The notes: generated by a model from the letters alone, not told the origin. A stretch of 64,000 bases of DNA from an uncultured Candidatus Rokubacteria bacterium (GCA_963762145.1 CAVXJS010000021.1:1162671-1226670), one strand, 5' to 3'; positions 32,914-43,910 are shown, counted from the first letter of the stretch. Numbers and translations are program-made.

Positions 32914-34492
32914 TCACAGGTCGTTGCCCGAGTACGACTGGTTGAACGACTTGTTGCAGAGCGGGAAGTCCGGGACGATGTTCTTGAGCAGCGCGTACGA
33001 CAGCGGCCGCCAGTTCAGAAACGACGGGTCCATGATCTTGACGCGGTCGAGCCGGCCCGTCGCGTCCGCCATCACCCAGTGCACGATACCGCCCCGCCAG
33101 CCCTCGACCATCCCGAACGCCGGCTGGAAGGCTGGGAGCGGGCCGAGGGGGCCGCGAGCGCGCCCGCGGGCAGCCGCGTCACCGCCTCACGGATGAGTCG
33201 CACCGATTCCCTCGCCTCCTCCAGCCGGACCATGGTGCGCGCCTTGACGTCGCCCGACTCGAATACGGGCACCCGCACCTCCAGCTCGCCGTAGGCGGCG
33301 AAGGGATGATCGCGGCGGACGTCGACGTCGATGCCCGAGGCTCGGGCGACGAAGCCGAGGACGCCGTGGTCCCGGGCGGTGCGGGTGGTCAGCCGACCGG
33401 TGCCCTCAAGCCGATCCATGACGAGCGTGTTCTCGAGCGCAAGGCCGACGATCTCGTCGAGGTCGCGGCGCGCGGCCTCGAGCTCCCCGGGCAGATCCAG
33501 GTCAGCCGGCAGGTCGTGTCCGACGCCGCCGGGGACGATCGCGCCGCGCAGCAGCCGGTTGCCGGTGAGGCGCCGGTTCAGTCGCAGCAGGCGCTCGCGA
33601 ATACGGAAGCAGTGCGAATGCGCCACGGCATAGCCGGTGTCGTTGGCGATCATGCCGAGGTCACCCACGTGGTTGTAGAGCCGCTCCATCTCCAGCAGGA
33701 TCACCCGCAGCCACCGCGCGCGAGCCGGGACCTCGGTGCCGGCCGCGGCTTCCAGCGCCTGGCAGAAGGCGAGCGAGTGGCCGACGGTGGTGTCGCCGGA
33801 GACCCGCTCGGCCAGCTCGACCCCGCCGCCGGCCTCTCGGCCCTCGAAAAGCTTCTCGGTGCCCTTGTGCGTGAAGTACAGCCGCGACTTCATGTCGATG
33901 ATCGTCTCGCCGACCACGCTGAAGCGGAAGTGTCCCGGCTCGATCACGCCCGCGTGCACCGGGCCCACCGGAATCTCGTAGACGCCCTCGCCACCCACCT
34001 CCGTGAAGGGAAACGCGCGACCGTCGTCCTCGAAATCTCGCGGGGTCGCGTCCTTGCGCAGGGGGAAGTAGTCGGTCGGCCAGAAACCGTGGCGGACGAG
34101 CGGGCCGGGGATCGGGGTGGCCCTCGGCCACGATGCCGAACAGATCGTAGATCTCCCGCTCGAAGCGCGAGGCCGGATAGTGCAGGGTGGCCAGCGATAC
34201 GATCGCAGGCGCATCGGCGGGTACCGGGACGGTGACGTGGACGAACCAGTGCTCTCTCTCGGGCGCGAACAGGTAGTGGACCTCGAACGTCCCACGGTCG
34301 GTCCGGCGATCGGCGGCGGACCATGAACACCAGCTCGGCGCCGAACTCGCCGCGAAGCAGCCGCGCCAGCGCGGGCATCGCGGCCGGGCGCACCGAGCAG
34401 TGCAGCTCGTGTCCCCGGACGCGCCGCACGTCGGCGACCCCATCGGCGCACCCCTCGGCGAGCCGCCGCGTGAGCTGGTCCAGGCGACTCAT
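32914..34492 (-). CDS. Ehr/HycE-like large subunit (NuoC+NuoD fold) lacking NiFe ligands; frameshifts near 33150, 34110, 34320
   Basis: PVGPVHAGVIEPGHFRF, HKGTEKLFE, ERVSGDTTVGH (no CxxC), DFPLCNKSFNQSYSGNDL. Confidence 0.88.
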
Positions 34493-35946
34493 CGCTCGAC
34501 GATCTCCACGATCTGGCGGAGCAGGGTCTCGAGCGGCGCCGGGAGCGTGAGCCCGAGGACGACGAGGGCAGTCGCGCAGAGGCCGAGCGGGATCAGGGGC
34601 CAGAGGCGCTCCTCTCCGATCCGCACCCCCTCGGTGGGAGCCCCGTAGAGCATCCGGTTCAGGTGGCCGATCATCGAGACGAACGCCACCGCGAGAAGGG
34701 CCAGGATCAGGCCGACGAGCCACGGCCGGCCCACGGAGAAACCCGCCCGGAAGAGCGCGAACTCCGAGACGAAGAGGCCGAACGGCGGCAGTCCGACGAC
34801 GGCGAGAATTCCGGCGGCGAACAGGCCGCCCGTCCACGGCATGACCTTGAGCAGGCCCGAGACCCGGGCAATCTCGGTGGTGCCGTAGCGCTGGAGCACA
34901 CGGCCGGCGAGGAAGAACATCATCGACTTCGCCAGCGTGTGGTTCAGCAGGTGCAGCATCGCGGCGAAGGTGCCGAGCGGGCCGAGCGCCAGCCCGACGC
35001 AGATCAGGCCGGTGTGCTCGATGCTCGAGTACGCGAGCATGCGCTTGTAGTTTCGCTGGATCACGAGGCTGAACGCGGCGATCGCGACGGACAGCACCCC
35101 GAGCGTGATGTAGAGGCCGTCGGTGAATCCCGTTCCCACCGTCGCGTTCACCACCGCCTCCCACCGCACCACGGCGTAGAGCGCGACCGCCAGCAGGACG
35201 CCCGACATCATGGCGGACAGGGGCGCCGGCGCTTCCGAGTGGGCGTCCGGCAGCCACGTGTGCATGGGGGCGAGGCCAGCCTTCGTGCCGTAGCCGATGA
35301 GGATGAAGACGAAGGCGAGCTTCATCACTTCCGGGTGCAGGTGGGCCGCCGAGGCCCGCAGCACCGTCCAGTGCAGGGCGGCATCCTGACGGCCCGCCAT
35401 GTTGACGAAGTCGAAATAGCCGAGCACGGTGCCACCGAAGGCCAGCGCGATCCCGATCGACCCGATCAGGATGTACTTCCACGAGGCCTCCACGGAGGCC
35501 TTGGTCACGTGCAGAGGTATGAGCATGGCCGAGGTAATCGTGGTCGCCTCGATCGCGATCCACATGAATCCGACGTTGTTGGCGGTCACCGCGAACAGCA
35601 TGGTGAACGTGAAAAGGCTGCTGAAGATCCGGAATCGCCGGGCCTGGGCGGGGTCGTAGCCGTCGTCCCCGCCCAGCCCGGGCCCGAGCCATGCGGCCAG
35701 TGCCCCCACCACGCTCACGCACAGCGCGAGCAGCGTCGAGAGCGCGTCGGCCCGCAGGAATTCCCCGGGCCCCGAGGTCGGCACGTCGCCGGCCAGGAGG
35801 CAGCTCCAGAGGACGAGTGCCGCCCCGAGGGAGGACAGCGACAGCAGCGCGCCCGCCCAGCCGACCAGAGGCCGGTAGGGCACCACCACCGTCGCCAGCA
35901 CCGCGGCGAGGAGGGGTGGGCCGAGCAGCAGCGCGAATAGGCTCAC
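34489..35946 (-). CDS. hyfF: Hydrogenase-4 component F-like antiporter subunit
   Basis: EASWKY, GYGTKAGLAPMHTWLPDAHSEAP, KRMLAYSSIEH. Confidence 0.88.
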   Translation of the reverse strand: MSLFALLLGPPLLAAVLATVVVPYRPLVGWAGALLSLSSLGAALVLWSCLLAGDVPTSGPGEFLRADALSTLLALCVSVVGALAAWLGPGLGGDDGYDPAQARRFRIFSSLFTFTMLFAVTANNVGFMWIAIEATTITSAMLIPLHVTKASVEASWKYILIGSIGIALAFGGTVLGYFDFVNMAGRQDAALHWTVLRASAAHLHPEVMKLAFVFILIGYGTKAGLAPMHTWLPDAHSEAPAPLSAMMSGVLLAVALYAVVRWEAVVNATVGTGFTDGLYITLGVLSVAIAAFSLVIQRNYKRMLAYSSIEHTGLICVGLALGPLGTFAAMLHLLNHTLAKSMMFFLAGRVLQRYGTTEIARVSGLLKVMPWTGGLFAAGILAVVGLPPFGLFVSEFALFRAGFSVGRPWLVGLILALLAVAFVSMIGHLNRMLYGAPTEGVRIGEERLWPLIPLGLCATALVVLGLTLPAPLETLLRQIVEIVER

Positions 35947-35952
35947 GATTCC

Positions 35953-36609
35953 TCAGTAGCGCAGGCGGTTGAGCTGCTCGACGTCGATGCTCTCGAACGT
36001 CTCGTGGATCCGGTAGACGAAGATCTGCATGACGAGGAATCCCATCAGGACGTCGAGGGCGACCCCGAGCTCGACGATTAGCGGGATCCCGTAGGTTCCG
36101 AGCACCGCCAGCAGGGCGAGCCCGTTCTCCAGCATGAGGAAGCCGATGACCTGGGTCAGCGCCTTCTTGCGGCTGATCACCACGAACAGGCTCACGAGGA
36201 CCAGGCCCATCGCCAGCGGCATGCCCGCCCGGGTCGGCAACTGGCTGAGCGCCACGAGCGGCCGCGTGACCATGTAACCGAACAGCACCAGGAGACCGGA
36301 CACCACCAACGACGACGCGGTGTTCACGTACGGCTCCAGCTCCCGCTCGACCGCGAAACGGCGTTCCATCCGCCGCAGGAGCCGCGGGATCACCAGCCCC
36401 TTCAGCAGGAAGAGTGCGCCCGCGACCCAGTACAGCTCGGGGTCGTTCCCGAAGTAGGCCACAATTACCATCACCGCCGAGAGCGCCATGGACTGGGCAG
36501 CGAAGGCGCCGATGTAGGCGGAGATGCCGCGGCGCCAGAGCAGGATAAGCCCGAAGAGCAGCACCAGGCTCGAGCCGAGTACGGACAGCTGGGAGAAGAG
36601 GCTGTCCAT
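35953..36609 (-). CDS. hyfE: Hydrogenase-4 component E-like membrane subunit
   Basis: KGLVIP, RKKALTQVIGFLMLENG, PLIVELG. Confidence 0.88.
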   Translation of the reverse strand: MDSLFSQLSVLGSSLVLLFGLILLWRRGISAYIGAFAAQSMALSAVMVIVAYFGNDPELYWVAGALFLLKGLVIPRLLRRMERRFAVERELEPYVNTASSLVVSGLLVLFGYMVTRPLVALSQLPTRAGMPLAMGLVLVSLFVVISRKKALTQVIGFLMLENGLALLAVLGTYGIPLIVELGVALDVLMGFLVMQIFVYRIHETFESIDVEQLNRLRY

Positions 36610-36612
36610 GGG

Positions 36613-37554
36613 CTATTTCAGGAGGAACGACGAGGTGACCGCGAGCAACGCGAGGACAAAGGACACGCTGAGCAGCTCGGGCACCCGGAAGAGGCGCAGC
36701 TTCGCGATCCGCGTCTCGAGCACCGCGACCACCGCGGCCAGGACCACGAGCTTGACGAGCAGACTCGCCACCGCGACCGCGAGGGTGGTCGGCGTCAGGA
36801 CCGCAGACACCCCCCACGGAATGAAGAGGTTGCCGAGCAACGCGAAGAAGATGAAGAGCTTGAGCGCCGCCGCCCACTCGATGAGGGCCAGGTAACGCCC
36901 GGAGTACTCGAGCACCATCGCCTCGTGGATCATGGTGAGCTCGAGGTGCGTGGCCGGGTTGTCGATCGGCAGGCGCCCGGTCTCGGCGAGGGTGACGATG
37001 AAGAGAGCCCCGAACGCGAGGAGGTGGCCGGGGCTGAGGAAGGCGCCGGGGTCCGACATGGTGCGCGCGACGATCTGGCCCAGATTGGTGGAGCCGGCGG
37101 CCAGGGCCAGGGCGAAGATCGCGAGCGCCACCGTCGGCTCCGCGAGCGCGGCCACCGTCATCTCACGACTGGCTCCCATGCCGCCGAACGGCGAGCCGGG
37201 GTCGAGGCCGGCCAGCGAGAGGAAGAACGTGCCCAGTAGAAGGAGGTAGACGACCACCAGCAGGTCCCCCACCCCGTCGAAGGGCAGCGGCACCGCGAGG
37301 ATCGGCACAAGAAACGTAACCGCCATCGTGCTCCCGAACACGATGAACGGCGCCGCGCGGAACAGCCAGGACGCGTTGCTCGAGACCACGACCTCCTTCT
37401 GGAAGAGCTTGGCCAGTTCCCAGTAGGGCTGCCACACCGGGGCGCCCCGGCGGTTCTGCAGGCGCGCCTTCAGCCACCGGATCAGCCCGGCCAGGCCGGG
37501 CGCCAGCGCGAGCGCCAGGGTCGCCTGGGCCGCCTCGAGCACGTAGCCCATCAT
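36613..37554 (-). CDS. hyfC: HyfC/HycD (NuoH-like) membrane subunit
   Basis: KARLQNRRG, FGGMGASRE, ETGRLPIDNPATHLELTMIHEAMVLEYSG. Confidence 0.88.
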   Translation of the reverse strand: MMGYVLEAAQATLALALAPGLAGLIRWLKARLQNRRGAPVWQPYWELAKLFQKEVVVSSNASWLFRAAPFIVFGSTMAVTFLVPILAVPLPFDGVGDLLVVVYLLLLGTFFLSLAGLDPGSPFGGMGASREMTVAALAEPTVALAIFALALAAGSTNLGQIVARTMSDPGAFLSPGHLLAFGALFIVTLAETGRLPIDNPATHLELTMIHEAMVLEYSGRYLALIEWAAALKLFIFFALLGNLFIPWGVSAVLTPTTLAVAVASLLVKLVVLAAVVAVLETRIAKLRLFRVPELLSVSFVLALLAVTSSFLLK

Positions 37555-39582
37555 CCGGGTCGCACCATGAGCAGGGTCAGCAAGCCCAGGAGCGCAATCA
37601 CCAGGTACGTGAGGTAGGCGTGGGCCGAGCCCGACTGCAGCGCGCGGGCCCAGATAGCCCACCGCCGCACCCGCGTGACGAGCGGCGCGTACAAGTAGCG
37701 CTCGAACCACGGCACGATATCGCTGCGGTACTCGATGGACTGAACGAAGTACCTCGACTCCGGGTGGAAGTCGATCGAGAGGTCCTCGGTGGGCCGGTAT
37801 AGCTCGGCGAACACGCGGCGTAGCGGCTCGGCGAACGCGGTCGACGTGTACTCCATGCGCGGCGTCTGTACCACGCGTCCGCAGCCCCACGTGGCGCTCA
37901 CCCGGACCGGCCAGCGAGACGCGAAGAGCCGAACCGTCAGCCACGCACCGCCGGTGGTCAGGATCAGGCCGAGGGCCACCAGCGTCGGCGATATCTGGGC
38001 GAACCCGCCCGGCATCGAGAGAGAGCCCGGAGCCGAACCCCGCGACCGGGACCGGCAGGCGCGCCGAGCCGGCGAGCGCGGCCATCAGCGCCGGCATGAC
38101 GACGACCGAGGCCAACCCGAAGGCCGCGCAGGCGACGGCGAGCATCCCCATGCCGACGCGCATCGACACGGGCGCCTCGTGCGCGCACTCGGCCGCCGGC
38201 GAGCGCGGGATCGCGAGGAACGTGATCCCGAAGGCCTTGACGAATCCCGCGGCGGCCAGCCCGGCGGTCAGCGCGAGCACGCTGACGGCCAGCGTCATGA
38301 GCGGGGCGACCATGGGCGCCCGGCTCCCGATGCCGGGGAGCAGCGACTGGAAAAGGAGCCACTCGCTGACGAAGCCGTTCAGAGGAGGCAGCCCGGCGAT
38401 GGCCAGGGCTCCCACCAGGAAGAAGGCCGCCGTCCAGGGCAGGCCGCGGATGAGGCCGCCGAGCCGGTTCATGTCGCGGGTGCGCGTGGCGTGGAGGACG
38501 GACCCCGCACCGAGGAACAGCAGCGCCTTGAAGGCGGCGTGGTTCAGGACATGATAGAGCGCAGCCGCGAAGGCGACGAGGGCCGCCGCGGTGGCGTCGA
38601 GGCCCAGGAAGAGGAAGCCGGCGCCGAGGCCAATGAAGACGAGCCCGATGTTCTCCACGCTCGAGTAGGCGAGCAGGCGCTTGAGATCGTTCTCCATGAG
38701 CGCGTAGAGCACGCCGATCACCGCCGAGAGGGCGCCCAGGCCGATCAGGAGCGCCCCCCACCAGGCGGGCCCCCCGCCCAGCAGGTCCAGGCCGATGCGC
38801 AGGAGCCCGTACACGCCGAGCTTGATCATCACGCCCGACATCAGCGCCGAGACGTGGCTCGGCGCCGCCGGATGCGCGCGCGGCAGCCAGACGTGGAGCG
38901 GCACGATACCTGCCTTGGAGCCGAAACCGAGGAGGGCCAGCAGGAACACCGTGTTCCGCATGGCCGGGGTGAGGCTCGCCGCGGCCATGCGCAGGTCACC
39001 GAAGGCCGTGGTCGCCGCGCCCACCGCCAGGATGAGGAACCCAGCGAGCGCGAACGCCAGCCCGACGTGCGTCATGGCCAGGTACCAGCCGGCGGCCGCG
39101 ATGGTGTCCGGCTCATCGGCCTCCGTCAGGACGAGGAAGTAGGAAGTCAGCGACATGCCCTCCCACATGAGGAGGAAGGTGACGATGTTGTCGGCGCACG
39201 GGACCAGGCTCATCGTCAGGAGAAACATGTTCAGCATGGCGCCGAGAAGCCGTTGCGAGTATCGGCCTTCGTACGCCCCGGTGTACGCGAACCCGTAGAC
39301 GCCGCAGGGAACGGCGAGCAGGCCGACGAGGCCGAGGAAGAAGGCCCCCAGCGCGTCGAGGCGGAACGCGAGGCCATCGGCGATCGACAGGAGCGTCGGC
39401 ACCTCGAGCGCGAAGGCCGGTCCCCCGAGCAGGACCTGGAGGGCGAAAGCGAGCCCGGCGGCGCCGCCCGCGACCATCCCGAACGCGGCGATGCCGCGCA
39501 CTGCGCGGCCGCCCGGCATCAGGAGGGCGCCGACAGCCCCCACCCCGTAGCCGCCCAGCATGAGGCCGAACTCGAGCGTCAC
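37551..39582 (-). CDS. hyfB: Hydrogenase-4 component B-like antiporter subunit, frameshift near 38020
   Basis: KAGIVPLHVWLPRAHPAAPSHVSALMSG, KRLLAYSSVEN, WGCG..RMEYT. Confidence 0.88.
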
Positions 39583-40088
39583 CGGCGGCGCCCGATGACC
39601 GCGAGGATGCCCTGGAGGATGGCCGTCGGATCGGGCGGACATCCGTCCACGAATGCATCCACCGGAATGATCTGATCGACGCTGCCCGCCACGGCGTAGC
39701 TGCCCTTGAAGACCCCGCAGGTCCGCGCGCAGTCACCTACCGCCACCACGAGCTTCGGCGCGGGGGTCGCCTCGTAGGTCTTCACCAGGGGCACCGCCAT
39801 GTTGCGCGTCACCGGCCCGGTCACGAGCAGCAGATCCGCGTGGCGGGGGGACGCGACGAAATGCACGCCGAAGCGCTCGCTGTCGTACACCGGGCCCATG
39901 AGCCCGCTGATCTCGAGCTCGCAGCCGTTGCACGAGCCCGCGTCCACCTCGCGAATCGCGAGGGCCCGGCCGAACAGTCGACGCGCTCGCGCGTCAACCT
40001 CGTGCAGCAGGCGCAGGACGTCGTCCCCGCCGGGCGCCAGCGGCTCCGTGGCGAGGCCGACCTGCAGGATCTTGGAAAGGAGGCGCAC
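39579..40088 (-). CDS. NuoB/HyfI-like Fe-S small subunit
   Basis: GSCNGCELE, SPRHAD, GDCA, GCPP. Confidence 0.9.
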   Translation of the reverse strand: MRLLSKILQVGLATEPLAPGGDDVLRLLHEVDARARRLFGRALAIREVDAGSCNGCELEISGLMGPVYDSERFGVHFVASPRHADLLLVTGPVTRNMAVPLVKTYEATPAPKLVVAVGDCARTCGVFKGSYAVAGSVDQIIPVDAFVDGCPPDPTAILQGILAVIGRRR

Positions 40089-40089
40089 G

Positions 40090-40443
40090 TCAGCGGCGTC
40101 GGGACTCACGGCGCAGCTGCTGGAGCATCGTCTGCGTGCCGATGAGGTGGTTGTCGAAGATGCGACGAGCCACGTCCAGCAGATCCCGCAGGGTGGTGTC
40201 GCGCACGGCGTAGCGCACCGCGGTGCCCTCCTTGCGGGCCTCGACGACATTCTTGGCCCGCAGGACCGCGAGCTGCTGGGAGACGGTGGGCTGGTCGACG
40301 CCGAGCGCCTCCTGGAGCTCGTTCACGCTCCGCTCGCCCCGCACGAGGATCTCCAGGATGCGGATGCGGACCGGGTGGGCGAGGGCCTTGAAGAACTCCG
40401 CCTTGAAAACCTGGAGCTGCCCGGCCTGTGTCGTCCGACTCAC
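40090..40443 (-). CDS. ArsR/SmtB regulator (Rv0081-like)
   Basis: FKAEFFKALAHPVRIRILE, VSQQLAVLR; no Cys. Confidence 0.88.
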   Translation of the reverse strand: MSRTTQAGQLQVFKAEFFKALAHPVRIRILEILVRGERSVNELQEALGVDQPTVSQQLAVLRAKNVVEARKEGTAVRYAVRDTTLRDLLDVARRIFDNHLIGTQTMLQQLRRESRRR

Positions 40444-40446
40444 TCA

Positions 40447-40480
40447 AACATATATATAGCAATATATAAGAAATGTCGAT
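40447..40480 (-). promoter_or_regulatory. AT-rich promoter/ArsR operator for the Ehr operon
   Basis: Minus strand TCGACA, 17 bp, TATATA, overlapping a TATATA-TTGC-TATATA dyad. Confidence 0.6.
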
Positions 40481-40550
40481 CTGGCATTCAAGGCGAGATC
40501 CTGAGGGCGAATGAGCGTGCCCCAGCCGCTGCCTTGTCGCCGGTGGGGAC

Positions 40551-41103
40551 CTAGAAGAGCTTAAGCAGCAACAACTGCGTCCTCCACTGATCGAACTTCC
40601 GGCCGACCTCCGTCAGCCGCGCCGCTTCGACGTAGCCGAACCGTTCGAACAGCGCGATGCTCGGCGTGTTCTCGCTGTCGATGCTTGCGACGACCGCGTG
40701 CACCCCGCGCGCCCGCGCCGCGTCGTCGAGAACCGCCAGGTGACGTCCGATGCCGCGGCGATGCGCCGCGCGCACGACGTACACGCTCGCTTCCAGCGTG
40801 AACCGGTAGCCGCTCGCCGACCGGTACGGAGACAGTGACGCCCAGGCAAGGACCTCGGTCGAGTCGCCCGGATCGGGTCGCGACCACCACGGGCAAGCCG
40901 GCCGACCGGTGCATTTGCAGCCACGAGCGGCGGTCATCGAGCGAGAGCGGGGTCTCGGCGTAAACGAACGGCGACTCCGCAATCTCCAGGTTGAAGATCC
41001 CGGCGATGGTGGGCAAATCACGCTCGTCGGCGTCGCGAATGACGATGGACGCCGAGCCTGCCTCCTCGCCTCTCGGAGTCCTTCCGGTCGGATCGTGACC
41101 CAT
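40551..41103 (-). CDS. Phosphinothricin/ArsN1-type N-acetyltransferase, frameshifted
   Basis: IRDADERDLPTIAGIFN, WASLSPYRSASGYRFTLEASVYV, NTPSIALFERFGY, VGRKFDQW. Confidence 0.8.
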
Positions 41104-41199
41104 CTGTGAGCGATTCGAGAGTGTGCCGGGTCGGGGCCAAGTGTCAAGGACACAGACCTTGGGCCCCGCTCAACGTTTCCAGAGATGTAAAAGTAATAT

Positions 41200-41245
41200 T
41201 TGACAGCCGATCCATACTTTGATAAGTATCGAACCATAATGGAAC
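41200..41245 (+). promoter_or_regulatory. Promoter with ArsR-type dyad
   Basis: TTGACA followed by imperfect dyad TACTTTGATAAGTATCGAACCA. Confidence 0.55.
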
Positions 41246-41268
41246 CAAAAGGCGAGGAGAATAGGTTG

Positions 41269-42654
41269 ATGAGCCAGAACGCTGGGGAGCTTCCGATCGT
41301 GGTCATCGGCGCCGGACCGACTGGGTTGACGGCGGCGGCACATCTTGCCGCCAAGGGCCAGCGCTTCGTCGTCCTGGAAGCCGGCTCGGGGGTGGGCGCC
41401 CACGTCGATCAGTGGGGTCACGTCCAGGTCTTCTCGCCCTGGCGCTTCAATGTGGACCCGGTGGCGCGGGGGCTGCTGCTTCGCGCCGGATGGACCGAGC
41501 CCGATGGCGACACGCTGCCGACCGGCGCCGAGATCGTGGCCGGCTACCTCCAGCCGCTGGCCAAGCTTCCGGAGCTCGAGCCTGCCCTGCGCTTCGGATC
41601 CCGGGTGGTCGCGATCGCCCGGTCCGGACACGACAAGATGAAGACGACCGGGCGTGAGCAGGCTCCGTTCGAGGTGCGGGTCCGGACTGCGGCCGGCGAA
41701 GAGAGCCTCCTGGCTCGGGCGGTCATCGATGCGTCGGGCACGTACGGGGTGCCGAATCCCCTGGGCGCGAACGGCCTCCCGGCGATCGGCGAAGGTGACT
41801 GCCGCGACCGGGTCTTCTACGGCATCCCGGATGTGCTAGGTGCCCATCGCGATCGCTACGCTGGCCGATCCGTGGTGGTAGTCGGGAGCGGGCACTCGGC
41901 CTTCAATGCGCTGCTGGACCTGGCCCAGCTGGCGGCAACGGAGCCGGGCACGACCGTCACATGGGCGGTGAGACGAGTTGAAGTCGCCGCCGCGTACGGC
42001 GGTGGGGCATCCGATGCGTTGCCGGCTCGGGGCAATCTGGGCGACCGCCTACGGGCGCTGGTCGACGGCCGACGCATCAGGCTGGAGACCGGCTTCCGGA
42101 CCCACGCGCTGGACCAGAACGGTTCCAAGATCATGCTTCGTGCCGCGGATGAGCGAGAGATCGGGCCCTTCGACGAGGTCATCGCGGTCACCGGCTTCCG
42201 GCCGGACCTGACCATGCTCGGGGAGCTTCGGCTGGACCTCGACCCGGCCGTCGAGAGCCCTCGGGCCCTGGCGCCGCTGATCGATCCGAACATCCATAGC
42301 TGCGGGACCGTGCCTCCCCACGGCGCCGAGGAGCTGCGTCAGCCGGAGCCGGGGTTCTACATCGTGGGGATGAAGAGCTATGGGCGGGCGCCGACGTTCC
42401 TGATGCTCACCGGCTACGAGCAGGTCCGATCGGTGGTCGCGGAGCTGACGGGCGATCGGGAAGGGGCCCGGCGTGTTGAGTTGACGCTGCCGGCCACCGG
42501 CGTGTGCTCGGCCACGCCCGGTGCGGGCGAAAGCGCGTGCGGCGCAGACGAGGCAGCGGCGAGTTGCGGGACCGCGGCAGTGGAGACTCAAGCCGGGTGT
42601 TGTGGCGCCACGACGACGCCCGTCCTGCTCGGCGGGCTGGGTCGGAAAGCGTGA
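41269..42654 (+). CDS. FAD/NAD(P)-dependent oxidoreductase of ars clusters
   Basis: GAGPTG, GSGHSA, HSCGTVPPHG, GMKSYGRAPTFL, Cys-rich tail. Confidence 0.85.
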   Translation: MSQNAGELPIVVIGAGPTGLTAAAHLAAKGQRFVVLEAGSGVGAHVDQWGHVQVFSPWRFNVDPVARGLLLRAGWTEPDGDTLPTGAEIVAGYLQPLAKLPELEPALRFGSRVVAIARSGHDKMKTTGREQAPFEVRVRTAAGEESLLARAVIDASGTYGVPNPLGANGLPAIGEGDCRDRVFYGIPDVLGAHRDRYAGRSVVVVGSGHSAFNALLDLAQLAATEPGTTVTWAVRRVEVAAAYGGGASDALPARGNLGDRLRALVDGRRIRLETGFRTHALDQNGSKIMLRAADEREIGPFDEVIAVTGFRPDLTMLGELRLDLDPAVESPRALAPLIDPNIHSCGTVPPHGAEELRQPEPGFYIVGMKSYGRAPTFLMLTGYEQVRSVVAELTGDREGARRVELTLPATGVCSATPGAGESACGADEAAASCGTAAVETQAGCCGATTTPVLLGGLGRKA

Positions 42655-42661
42655 GACGCCG

Positions 42662-42970
42662 ATGAAAACAATAGCGAGACTTCCCCTGACCCAGCTCCGG
42701 GCGAGCGAGGAACACGTCGAAGCGTTCAAGGCCCTCGCTCACCTGACGCGGCTCCAGGTGTTCTTCTGCCTCGTGCACGCGGGCAAGGAGCTGTCGGTCG
42801 GGGAGATCCAGGCCGAGGTCGAAATACCTGGGCCGACCCTCTCACACCATCTGGACCTGCTCCGGCGGGCCGGGCTCGTCGAGAGCCGTAAGGAAGAGCG
42901 GTACATCTACTATTCCGTGAAGCGGGAGGCGGTGACGACACTCGTTCGTCTGCTCACCGCTTGCTGCTAG
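42662..42970 (+). CDS. arsR: ArsR regulator with C-terminal CC
   Basis: FKALAHLTRL, TLSHHL..L..AGLV, ends LTACC. Confidence 0.85.
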   Translation: MKTIARLPLTQLRASEEHVEAFKALAHLTRLQVFFCLVHAGKELSVGEIQAEVEIPGPTLSHHLDLLRRAGLVESRKEERYIYYSVKREAVTTLVRLLTACC

Positions 42971-42982
42971 GGAGGTCATCTC

Positions 42983-43426
42983 ATGGGCGCGAAGGTTCAT
43001 CTCCATCTACACGTGTCGGACCTGGCGAAGAGCCGGGCGTTCTACGAGCAGTTTCTCGGGGCGGAGCCGGTCAAGGTGAAGGACGGTTACGTGAAATTCC
43101 TCCCCGACTGGGCCCCGGTGAATCTGGCGCTCTCGAGCGGCGGGGCGACGGCCGTGGGCACGATCGACCACGTCGGCGTTCAGGTCGACGCGGTGAGCAC
43201 CGTGATGGCCGAGCTGGCGCGCGTCAAGGCGGCGGGTCTGCCGGTTCAGGAGGAGATGGGCGTGGACTGCTGTCACGCCAACCAGGACAAGTTCTGGGTC
43301 AAGGATCCCGACGGCGTCGAGTGGGAGGTCTACCATCTCAACTACGACCTGGAGGGAACCGAGGCGCGGACGGTGAAGAGCACGGGGCTTCCGATGGCCA
43401 AGAGCGGGTCTTGCTGCTCGTCCTGA
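42983..43426 (+). CDS. arsI: ArsI/CadI C-As lyase (VOC fold)
   Basis: HLHLHV, DHVGVQV, DCCHANQDKFWVKDPDGVEWE. Confidence 0.8.
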   Translation: MGAKVHLHLHVSDLAKSRAFYEQFLGAEPVKVKDGYVKFLPDWAPVNLALSSGGATAVGTIDHVGVQVDAVSTVMAELARVKAAGLPVQEEMGVDCCHANQDKFWVKDPDGVEWEVYHLNYDLEGTEARTVKSTGLPMAKSGSCCSS

Positions 43427-43454
43427 GCGAACTGACCCGGCAGTGACGCGGTAG

Positions 43455-43498
43455 GCGCCGCCGCTCGTATGTTGCGCTGACGTTACGAGCGGCGGCGC
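43455..43498 (+). terminator. 15-bp stem hairpin after arsI
   Basis: GCGCCGCCGCTCGTA...TACGAGCGGCGGCGC followed by TGTCTT. Confidence 0.6.
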
Positions 43499-43562
43499 TG
43501 TCTTGACTTGCCGACATCCAACGGTGGATAGTCTCGGAGTGGCTCTCGGGACCGGTAGGAAT

Positions 43563-43862
43563 GTGGAGCAAACGCTCGGGCTCTTCCGCGCCCTTGCCGA
43601 TGAGACCCGCCTGAAGGTGATCGAGCGCCTGCGCGAAGGCGAGCAGTGCGTGTGCGACCTCACCGACGTGCTCGGGGCAAGCCAGTCCCGGATGTCGTTT
43701 CACCTCAAGGTCCTGAAGGACGCCGGCCTCGTCACCGATCGGAAGGACGGACGCTGGGTGTACTACGCGCTGAACACCGAGGCGCTCGCGCTCGTGGGGC
43801 GCGCGCTCGAGGATCTGAAGCCGGCGCCGAACTCGTTCCGCGTGATCCGACGCTGTGATTGA
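43563..43862 (+). CDS. arsR: ArsR regulator (CVCD type)
   Basis: FRALADETRL, EQCVCDL, SFHLKVLKDAGLV. Confidence 0.9.
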   Translation: MEQTLGLFRALADETRLKVIERLREGEQCVCDLTDVLGASQSRMSFHLKVLKDAGLVTDRKDGRWVYYALNTEALALVGRALEDLKPAPNSFRVIRRCD

Positions 43863-43880
43863 TTTTTTTTGCCCGAAGGC

Positions 43881-43896
43881 ATCAACCGCGATTGAT
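43881..43896. promoter_or_regulatory. ArsR operator
   Basis: ATCAA-N6-TTGAT; a related ATCCA..TGGAT dyad lies at 43516-43529. Confidence 0.65.
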
Positions 43897-43910
43897 GGAA
43901 GGAGGTTCGA

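Noticed and set aside
36613-39642. 1009-aa HyfB-HyfC 'fusion' ORF
   Set aside because: Frameshift near 38020; the true HyfB tail is in another frame and ends at 37551
32914-40088. Functional [NiFe] hydrogenase-4 / formate hydrogenlyase
   Set aside because: Ni-binding CxxC motifs and maturation genes are absent
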